From: an uncultured virus (IMG/VR IMGVR_UViG_3300021964_006850)
Taxonomy: Duplodnaviria > Heunggongvirae > Uroviricota > Caudoviricetes
DNA: 20,000 nt
Reading direction: 5' to 3' (one strand)
IMG/VR virus record: IMGVR_UViG_3300021964_006850
Shown one piece after another: positions 9,305 through 16,800 of this stretch. The notes beneath the pieces were generated by a model. That model made no database searches. It was not told the origin of the DNA and saw only the letters and a list, made by a program, of their open reading frames with translations. The first letter of the stretch is position 1; the number at the start of each line of letters is the position of its first letter. The position numbers were made by a program, and so were the translations under genes.

Positions 9305-9478
9305 TTACTCAGACTTCCAAATAGTCCAAGCACCATATGCGATTGCCGCATATGCAAGTAGTCCTGCTAAAGGTTTAGCAATTAGCACAATAATGCCAAA
9401 TGCAATAAGCATTGCACCGTCCCATGATGTTCTTTCTGTGAAACGCTTTGCTACCCAGCCTTTAAATTTATCTAACAT
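9305..9478 (-). CDS. Small two-helix membrane protein (57 aa); not in the supplied ORF track
   Basis: ATG at 9478 with AAGGAG SD. MLDKFKGWVAKRFTERTSWDGAMLIAFGIIVLIAKPLAGLLAYAAIAYGAWTIWKSE*. Fills the gap between neighbouring genes exactly. Confidence 0.85.
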   Translation of the reverse strand: MLDKFKGWVAKRFTERTSWDGAMLIAFGIIVLIAKPLAGLLAYAAIAYGAWTIWKSE

Positions 9479-9489
9479 ATTCTTCTCCT

Positions 9490-9729
9490 TTACTTATTAA
9501 GTGACTTCATACGTTTGTGTAACTCGTTCACTAACTTATCTTTAGTAAGTCTGCGATCAAGTTCGATACCATTTTTTCTGCCCATTTGCTCTAACTTAAC
9601 TTTAGTTTCTTTTTTAAGTTCTGCTTTTGAAGGTACAAGAATTAATGGTTTCTTTTTCGCTATGTGATCAGAAAGTTTTTGAGTTTTTTCTTCACCCGCG
9701 CCGAAAATCTTTTTAATCCAATTTAACAC
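9490..9729 (-). CDS. Small basic protein with HeH/SAP/Rho-N-like helix-extension-helix motif (79 aa)
   Basis: GTG start with AGGAG SD. C-terminal ELKKETKVKLEQMGRKNGIELDRRLTKDKLVNEL matches the HeH-type spacing. Confidence 0.7.
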   Translation of the reverse strand: MLNWIKKIFGAGEEKTQKLSDHIAKKKPLILVPSKAELKKETKVKLEQMGRKNGIELDRRLTKDKLVNELHKRMKSLNK

Positions 9730-9730
9730 G

Positions 9731-10279
9731 TTATTCTCCTTTTGTAAGTGTAATTACTCCACAGGCAAGTCTATCACCTGCGTTTCCGGTTTCTAATGAT
9801 TCTGCATCTCCGCCTTTTCCGAGGTCGTCTTCGTTTTCATGTATAACTATTGCTCTGCCTACGATGCTTCTTTCACCTATTAAATCAATTCTTTTTGCTT
9901 GAATTGTGAACTCAGCGATCCCGTCTGAGTTTGCTTGAACATTACCCAAATCACCAACATGGCCGTTTTCGAGATCGCCATGCTCCACACTATCGGGGTT
10001 GTAATGGCCACCAGCACTTTCACAACCGTTGGATAGGTCTCCGTATTCATGGACATGAAAACCATGAAGTCCTTCTTTCAAACCAGTTATTCTACCCTTT
10101 ATAAGCGTAGCAGTGCCTGGCTTTTGCATGAATAAAATAGTGCCTTTAACAGTGTCTGAATGGACTAAGTCACATACAGCCGTAACTGCTTCTTCTGCTT
10201 CTACTATTTGTTTCAGGCTTTCACACTGACAAGTTCTTGAGCGTGTTCTTTTACAATCTGTGAGTTGTCTAAATCGCAT
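9731..10279 (-). CDS. sodC: Cu/Zn superoxide dismutase, eukaryotic SOD1-like, no signal peptide, with N-terminal extension
   Basis: All ligands present: HGFHVH, GGHYNP, VEHG, GHVGD, VIHE. Disulfide Cys (NGCES, LACG), catalytic Arg (DRLAC), full DDLGKGG..ES..TGNAG loop. Confidence 0.96.
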   Translation of the reverse strand: MRFRQLTDCKRTRSRTCQCESLKQIVEAEEAVTAVCDLVHSDTVKGTILFMQKPGTATLIKGRITGLKEGLHGFHVHEYGDLSNGCESAGGHYNPDSVEHGDLENGHVGDLGNVQANSDGIAEFTIQAKRIDLIGERSIVGRAIVIHENEDDLGKGGDAESLETGNAGDRLACGVITLTKGE

Positions 10280-11298
10280 ACAGTATTTAGCCCATAATCG
10301 TGTAGTCTAATGCTGGCAAGGTTCTTGGCTTTGCTTTCTACCATAATATCTGCATAGTCGCGGAATGTAAGTGCCCAGTCATTAACAGCATTATTCCACA
10401 TAAAGTCTGAATGGGCTCTTAGTTTTTGTTTCTTGTAACCTTCTAATAATAACATATCCATAGTAGGCTTCTTATTAGGATCGTGATCGACAAGTAAATC
10501 TTCACGTGATACTGAATAATGTATTACAGGACGCACACCACGCCAACTGTCTACTATGCGAGAAAATCTATCGTCGGTTGGTTGAATATATTCTCCACTA
10601 TTGACCCAGTGATGGTGTATGTCAAGAACGAGGGCAAGGTGGTCTGCAAGTTCGAGGCTTGCGTCGATGCCCCACGACATTTCGTCATTCTCAATCGTGA
10701 TGGTGTTTCTTGCTTCGGGCGAGAGTCGCGGTAAGGCGTCAATGATGCCTTGTGGACCTTTTCTACCCGATATGTGTACATTGCATTTAAAGTCTTGAAA
10801 TGAGTTGCCGTATCCCATCCACCTGATGACATCCACATGATATTCAAACTCCTCTATACTTCTATTTACAATATCAGGATTATCTGACGCAAGTACAGTA
10901 AACTGACCAGGGTGCATAGACAACCTAACATCAAGTTCACGAGCCGTTGCGCCGACGTGAGCGAATTGCTGTTCACAATATTGTCGTACATCAGGCTTGC
11001 GCCAGAAGTAAGACCAAGTAGGCTCAGTATAAACAGGTAGGACGTCACTTCCCAACCTAACCATTCGTAATTCATTTGGTAATCCTCCTACGTATCTAAT
11101 CAAGTTCTCATATGACTTGATGTTGTGGACCATGATATCCCATAGGCGTTGTTCAGCAACTTCTTGTGTCTGTCTGTTAAGCCAAGCAACAGTTGTTGAA
11201 CGTGTGTTAAGTGGACGCTGAATCTCCTCAAGAAGTTTCTTCTTCTGGGTTTGATCAGGGTGCATATATTTGCAGGCAAAGCCTATACGTTTATTCAT
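10213..11298 (-). CDS. uvsE: UV damage endonuclease UvsE/UVDE
   Basis: RIGFAC, RLGSDVLP, RLSMHPGQFTVLAS, FEYH, NVHISG, TIENDE, LVLDIHHH, W..VRPVIHYS, RAHSD, DIMVESKAKNLA motifs. Confidence 0.95.
   Translation of the reverse strand: MNKRIGFACKYMHPDQTQKKKLLEEIQRPLNTRSTTVAWLNRQTQEVAEQRLWDIMVHNIKSYENLIRYVGGLPNELRMVRLGSDVLPVYTEPTWSYFWRKPDVRQYCEQQFAHVGATARELDVRLSMHPGQFTVLASDNPDIVNRSIEEFEYHVDVIRWMGYGNSFQDFKCNVHISGRKGPQGIIDALPRLSPEARNTITIENDEMSWGIDASLELADHLALVLDIHHHWVNSGEYIQPTDDRFSRIVDSWRGVRPVIHYSVSREDLLVDHDPNKKPTMDMLLLEGYKKQKLRAHSDFMWNNAVNDWALTFRDYADIMVESKAKNLASIRLHDYGLNTVCDLDNSQIVKEHAQELVSVKA
10284..10289 (-). promoter_or_regulatory. Late-type promoter TAAATA inside the uvsE 3' end, predicted leaderless sodC transcript
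   Basis: TAAATA-ctgt-ATG with no SD. Confidence 0.6.
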
Positions 11299-11304
11299 AC
11301 TATT

Positions 11305-11333
11305 AGTATACCATCTTTGTAGGTTAATGTCAA
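11305..11333 (-). promoter_or_regulatory. Sigma70 promoter for uvsE, predicted leaderless
   Basis: TTGACA(11333-11328)-N17-TATACT(11310-11305) with an extended -10 TGn. ATG follows 6 nt after the -10 box. Confidence 0.85.
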
Positions 11334-11335
11334 GT

Positions 11336-12034
11336 TTATTTCCAATTTTCTTTGCACCATTTATCTACACAATTATGTGGATGTGGTTCCCCATGGAATA
11401 CTGCAACAGATGTTTCTGGCTTTATTTTTGGTTCACCCGGAATTGTAAAATTTCGCACACCGTCAATACGAGTCATTTCTGGTTTGCCTCTCATTTCCCA
11501 CTTGTAACTTTGGATCCATTCGTCTGGCCAAAAGCAAAAATCTTTTTTGACTTGACTATAGATCCAATCTTGATCTCCATGCATACGTTTTGTTGCAACA
11601 AACTGTTGTTCAACAAAATTTTTCCATACGTGATCCTGTGTGCCTGATTTTAGCCTAAACACACTTGAGTTCATCTTTTTCCAATCTGATCTTAAGTGTC
11701 TGTTGAAATCTTTACAGATACAAAATTTATCTTCATTGTATGTAAACAAATGATCGATGTTATTAAAAATAATTACATCAAGGTCAAAGTAAAGAATATT
11801 GCCATTAATAGAAAGGTTGGGATCAAAGAACATAGGTTTATACCACCACCCAGCAATCGGAAGTTTGGGCAATGGTAAAACTCTAATGCCTGCTTGTATA
11901 CCTGCAGAGTTATCTGTGTAACAAACAAATTCATAAGGAACAGTGGTATTTCGTGCAACCATGTTGGCCAACACGTTTACATATTCTGCACTATATTTGT
12001 CGCCCCACTTAAGGCATACAACATAGTTCTTCAT
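11336..12034 (-). CDS. Glycosyltransferase (GT-A fold, GT8-like)
   Basis: VCLKWGDKY..EYVN.L..MV, F.C.TD, GWWYK, YFDLDVII (DxD), NSSVF, GDQDWI, VFHGEP.P motifs typical of phage GT8-like enzymes. Confidence 0.8.
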   Translation of the reverse strand: MKNYVVCLKWGDKYSAEYVNVLANMVARNTTVPYEFVCYTDNSAGIQAGIRVLPLPKLPIAGWWYKPMFFDPNLSINGNILYFDLDVIIFNNIDHLFTYNEDKFCICKDFNRHLRSDWKKMNSSVFRLKSGTQDHVWKNFVEQQFVATKRMHGDQDWIYSQVKKDFCFWPDEWIQSYKWEMRGKPEMTRIDGVRNFTIPGEPKIKPETSVAVFHGEPHPHNCVDKWCKENWK

Positions 12035-12037
12035 AGG

Positions 12038-12487
12038 TTAACCTTCGTAAATTGCTGAGTTAGCACCGTGTTCGGCACACTCAACTTTAACACAATAGCA
12101 ACGATTGTTTGTTGCTTCTCTAATAAGTTTGTCAGCAAAGTTAAATGCGTGTTCCGCAAACTTTTCTGCACCTACACCATCAAAGAATCTAATCTCTGCA
12201 AGATCTAATTCTTGTAGTTCTCTAAATTTGTCCACGTGTGGATCATTAATATCCAAACAAAGTTTGTGATCGAAACTATCTTCCAACCAAGCCTTCAAAG
12301 GTTTTAGTCCTCCAAAGTCTACTGCCCAGTTTTTGTTATCTAAATGATCACAACCAAATGTAAATGTAAATGCTAAACTGTAACCATGTAGCAAATGACA
12401 GTGTGAGTGATCTGCGTTTGGCTGTCTAAAGACTGCTGAGAGGCCAATGTTATGACCATAATGTTTTGTGCTATAATGTTTTGCCAT
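12038..12487 (-). CDS. queD: 6-carboxy-5,6,7,8-tetrahydropterin synthase (QueD/PTPS family)
   Basis: HSHC..LHGY, W.VDFGGLK, FDH, G.E.FAE, VECAEHGANSAIYE; T-fold size (149 aa); TAGGAG SD 6 nt upstream. Confidence 0.88.
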   Translation of the reverse strand: MAKHYSTKHYGHNIGLSAVFRQPNADHSHCHLLHGYSLAFTFTFGCDHLDNKNWAVDFGGLKPLKAWLEDSFDHKLCLDINDPHVDKFRELQELDLAEIRFFDGVGAEKFAEHAFNFADKLIREATNNRCYCVKVECAEHGANSAIYEG

Positions 12488-12493
12488 TTTTAT

Positions 12494-12550
12494 CTCCTAT
12501 ATAATAATGGCGGCAGAATTAGAAGGGTTGACGCCAAGTCCTTTATTCTA
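12494..12550 (-). ncRNA. Candidate cis-regulatory RNA (riboswitch-like pseudoknot) in the queD leader
   Basis: GC-rich island in an AT-rich intergenic region. UGGCG/CGCCA stem whose loop carries CUUCUA, complementary to the SD UAGGAG. A mutually exclusive 5' hairpin is possible. Confidence 0.5.
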
Positions 12551-12553
12551 TAT

Positions 12554-12582
12554 ATTATAGAATATTTTTTATTCTTTGTCAA
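12554..12582 (-). promoter_or_regulatory. Consensus sigma70 promoter for the queD-glycosyltransferase operon
   Basis: Perfect TTGACA(12582-12577)-N17-TATAAT(12559-12554). Confidence 0.9.
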
Positions 12583-13207
12583 CCGGTAAATGTCCATAAT
12601 GATGCATTTTGGCGGCTACAAGGGGAATTAGTTTTTTACGCATTGTATTAAAACTTACAGTAATTCTTTTGTCTGTTGTATTTGGATCAGTTCTATGTTC
12701 AAGCCAACTTGGAAAAATCAACAGCAATCCTGTACGTGGCATACAACTTGCAAAGTAACTGCTGTATGGATTTTGATTTTCAAAAACGTCGTTCATTCTC
12801 AAAGGACGTAGAGGTGATTCAAAAATTAGTGGACAACTACCTTCATCAACATATGGATAGAATGCACCACTAATAACACTACCTTCGTGTCTATGTTTAT
12901 CAACGTGTCCGTCTTTGCCTAAAACATTAAACCAACTTGTGCCTAAGATACTTTCTTCAAGTCCTGCATCTTGGCAGTATAAATCAATACAATTTTGTAT
13001 GTCTGCTCTTAATTTTTTTAGTTCTGGATTGAACAGAAATTCTTCGTCACCATTAATAAAACTGCTGGAGCCACCAACAATTAATGCATGGTCACCAGTT
13101 TCGTAATTTTCGATTATTTCTAAACACTTTTTAATTTCACTATGATCGCTTAGATCAAATGCACTTACAAGTGTAGGAAATAGTGATAGATTTTCTTGGT
13201 TATACAT
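12569..13207 (-). CDS. 2OG-Fe(II) oxygenase (TIGR02466 / 2OG-FeII_Oxy_5-like)
   Basis: LFPT, SWFN, HRH..SVISGAFY, L.F..P, G.LLIFPSWLEH, RITVSFN. The start is placed at ATG 13207 (6 nt after a -10 box) rather than GTG 13210. Confidence 0.88.
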   Translation of the reverse strand: MYNQENLSLFPTLVSAFDLSDHSEIKKCLEIIENYETGDHALIVGGSSSFINGDEEFLFNPELKKLRADIQNCIDLYCQDAGLEESILGTSWFNVLGKDGHVDKHRHEGSVISGAFYPYVDEGSCPLIFESPLRPLRMNDVFENQNPYSSYFASCMPRTGLLLIFPSWLEHRTDPNTTDKRITVSFNTMRKKLIPLVAAKMHHYGHLPVDKE

Positions 13208-13814
13208 CACTATAGTTTAACATCTCTTTGAACTGTGTCAAGTTATAAAATGATACATTTTCCATTTTCCAACTGTTGGGCATTTCCCATCCTTCTTGAT
13301 TAAAGATTCTAAATTGTTTGTTAGAATATCTTTCAAATAGTTTTGAAATTTGATGAATCCAGAAACTTGGATCTACTGCACGAGAATCTGTACTTTCGTA
13401 ATTTGGTGTACCTTTGTAGACGTTGTTTACAGTGTCAGTTTTACTGTGTAAGTCAAATCCTAACAAGTCTATAGTTTCGTTGCCTTTTGATAAAAGACAA
13501 CCTATAAAAACAGCATAAGGTCCGCTACCCCAATGAAATGGCTGATCCTTTTTTTGATCAGTTGAATACCAAAGCGGTGGAACAGCATTTATATTGTGTT
13601 TACCTGCAAATTCATCTTTCCAATCAGTTCTTGTCCAAATTCCTGATTTAAGATTAACATATTTTCTAACTACTTCACGTACCATGCGTCTGTCACAACA
13701 TACAATATGTCGTACTTTTGCTTCTCTGAAAATAGCATTACAGCCTACTTTTACGCAGTCTATATTATCTAATTTAATGCCTTTACGGCTTTCTCCGTTA
13801 CCAATTATGAGCAT
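13200..13814 (-). CDS. Rossmann-like protein of the MptE/DUF115/sialyltransferase-like type (204 aa)
   Basis: IIGNGESR, VGCNA, CCD, GSGPYA, LLGFDL pattern shared by MptE-like/Maf/GT42-type nucleotide-binding proteins; exact activity not assignable. Confidence 0.6.
   Translation of the reverse strand: MLIIGNGESRKGIKLDNIDCVKVGCNAIFREAKVRHIVCCDRRMVREVVRKYVNLKSGIWTRTDWKDEFAGKHNINAVPPLWYSTDQKKDQPFHWGSGPYAVFIGCLLSKGNETIDLLGFDLHSKTDTVNNVYKGTPNYESTDSRAVDPSFWIHQISKLFERYSNKQFRIFNQEGWEMPNSWKMENVSFYNLTQFKEMLNYSDV
13214..13241 (-). promoter_or_regulatory. Sigma70 promoter for the oxygenase, embedded in the upstream CDS, predicted leaderless
   Basis: TTGACA(13241-13236)-N16-TAAACT(13219-13214) with a TGn extension; ATG 6 nt downstream. 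Confidence 0.7.
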
Positions 13815-13817
13815 ACG

Positions 13818-13832
13818 GTATTTAATAAATAC
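13818..13832. promoter_or_regulatory. Back-to-back divergent late-type promoters (GTATTTA-A-TAAATAC)
   Basis: Perfect 7-bp inverted repeat giving TAAATA on both strands between the divergent genes starting at 13814 (-) and 13859 (+). Confidence 0.65.
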
Positions 13833-13858
13833 ATATAACGATAGGAAAAATACTGGCT

Positions 13859-16800
13859 ATGCCTACAGCAATACACGACATATTTAGATTTATTAAACTT
13901 TATTCACCTGATGGAAGCACTCTTGAGCAGACTCTTGAGGCAGATGCTGTCAATGATACCTTACAAATGCGTAGAGGTGATGGTGTAAGTTGGAGCGTAC
14001 CAACAACATCACCAGGAGGCACTATTGCTGTAACTGTAGGATTTCATACTGGCACAGGACAAGGAACAGGTGCATTTTATCTTGACGGAACAGAACGTAA
14101 CACTATAACATTGGTCAAAGGACAAACATATATCTTTGATCAAAGCGATGCATCAAATGCAGGATATGGTGGCTATAATCACCCTATGACATTTAGTAAT
14201 ACTGATGACGGTGCAGTAAGTGGTGCAATCAGTGGCGAAGAATATGCAACAGGAGTAACATATCTTATTGATGATAATCCTGTATCAAAAACAATTTATA
14301 GACAAGATTTTACAACCACAACAAATAGAAAAATCAAAATTGAGTTGAATGATTCTGCTCCTGGTACACTTTATTATTGTTCACATGATAACATTGATCA
14401 AGGCGGTCAAATACTAACAACTGCCGGCAATGATCTTATGATGATCAATGTGGACTACAGTTTAGATGTTCCTCCAGGCACAACAAACATAGAATTGACA
14501 GATGTCAATGCGGCAACTACACACGTAGAGTTGTCTTCAGCAGGTGGCATCCAACTAACAAGAAAGAACGCAAACGAAATAGAAATCAGTTCTTTTGCTG
14601 TAGCAGAAATAGATACACTGCATACTGTAACAACAAGAAATGCAATCACAACCAATAAACTCTACATGGAAGATATTGAAGTTGGTGATGTTACAAGTGC
14701 AACACAAGACGGCTTTGTATCACCAAGTTCAGAATTTTTAGGAACTGGTAGGGTTGATGATGCTCTAAGACTTGCTGTTGATCAAAGAGAAATTACAACA
14801 AATACAGTAACACAAACGTTTACATTTAATAGCCAAGCGGCACCAGGTGTGCTGAACTATACAATTGGTTATCAATTAGACAGCGGAACATCAGCAACTT
14901 CTGTAACAGCAAGTATTCAAAGATATAACACTGTAACAACTATCTGGGAAACATTAGATACAGTAAGTGGTGTAGGCGGTGTTCCATATGAAGTTTCTAA
15001 TATGTACAACGAATCAAGTGCTTCAGGCGGACAGTATAGAGTTGTATACAATATCGCAGGTAACACAGGAACCATTACACTTGAACTTCAAGCATATTAT
15101 GAAATACTTGAGATTACAAATAATCCTGTACTAAGAACTGAAAGTGCAGTAGGTACATTAAGAACACGTGACCTTGCACCATTAGGTACAAATGATATTG
15201 GTAGAGGCAGTGAGCCATATGATAATGTTTATGCTAATACGTTCCACGGACATCTACAAGGAACATTCGATGGTGACTTAACAGGTTCATTGTATTCAGA
15301 TGATAGTACATTACTTGTTGATGCTATTAACGGTATTATCTACGGTACCGTAGATGCTAACATTGACCGAGGTACTAATCCATTTACATTAGATGCAGAC
15401 AGTGCAACAATAGAAGTAGCACGACAAAACGACCTTATTTTAAGATCATTAGGAAACACAGATAATGCACAGATTTCCATAACTGGTGATACAGAACTTG
15501 CGATTAGTTCAGGTAATGGTACTCTTAGTTTAAGTTCTTTATTAGACGTTACTATCGGCGCAGGTACTGAATTAACACTTCAAGCCACAGGCGGTATTAA
15601 CATCAACAATCCTGTAAACACAGTTATATTTGGAACTGCTGGATTTGTTGGAGACTTAACAGGTTCAGTATATGGACCAGACTCAACCACTGTTATCAAT
15701 AACAATGGTATTGTTACGGGTGAAGTAAACAATGCAAATATTGCCACTGCTAATCTTGATGCAGGTAATATCACAGACAGTGTAATGACAATCACAAATG
15801 GTGTAGGTACAGCATTTACAGAAATTGAATCTACTTTGTTTGACGGTGTGCTTGAAGGTGATGTCTACGGCAATGATGGAACAACTCAACTTATAGATGC
15901 AACTGCAAATCAGATTGTTGGTGAAGTAAATGCAGATACAAACAAAACAGGTGCATTAACTATTGCATCTAATACAAGTGTTACAGTAAACAGTACTGGT
16001 GTAATTTCATTTAACAGTGGCGTAGGTGCTGATGCAACAGGTAAACTTATTAACAGTTCTAATGCCTTACAACCATTTACTATTGGAAGTCCTGTAGTAG
16101 TTGAAAAAGAATTTAGAGGATTTCCAGGTGCTCAAGAAAAGCAGTTATACACAAACGTATCAAGTGCTACATATGTAATTGACACCAGCGACACACAAAA
16201 CGTTTACTGGAATCAACCAAGTGGTCCTTGTGTTGCTAACTTTACTAATCTTAACACTGATACACAGCGTTTAAGAACTTGTAAAATCTTTATCAATCAA
16301 GGTGCAACTGCTATTGTTCCTACAATTGAAATTAATGGTGTTACACAGTCGTTTGTAAATGTAGGTCCAGTTGCCGCACAAGTTAATACAGTTAATATAT
16401 TTGAGTTTTTCTTTTATAGAACTCATACTAATCTTTGGGAAGTGTATTGCCGTAACCTTGATGCAAATGGTTATGGGTTACAAGAAATCACAGACTATGG
16501 TGCAACAACTACTAATTCAATTACCACAGCAGGTCTTGATGCCGGTAGTGGAACAATTCAAACCACAGGAACTATGCAGGGCGATCTTGTACCAACTGCA
16601 AAGTTTGGTTATACTTCTGGAGGTACAGCAACACAGAGTTCTACTGATAAGACAGGCACTGTAACTATAAACGCATTAACTGGAACAGTTACAATGGACA
16701 ACTCTGCCTTAGGGGCTGACGGAGCGATGCAACACGTATTATCTAACAGTACAGTATCCGTAGGTGATATGATTATTTGTACGCCTACTTCGGGAGGTAA

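Noticed and set aside
9291..9500. Plus-strand 69-aa ORF
   Set aside because: The minus-strand 57-aa ORF (9305-9478) has a strong SD and fits the operon.
12494..12550. Assignment of the queD leader to a known preQ1-I/II/III or THF-II family
   Set aside because: It lacks the preQ1-I loop and A-rich tail consensus and the extra helix of class II; kept only as an unassigned candidate.
7693..15253. HxH motifs in fibre proteins (HDH 7693-7701, HGH 15245-15253) as T4 gp37-like iron sites
   Set aside because: Single isolated occurrences, not the repeated HxH array of iron-binding needle tips; compatible with chance.
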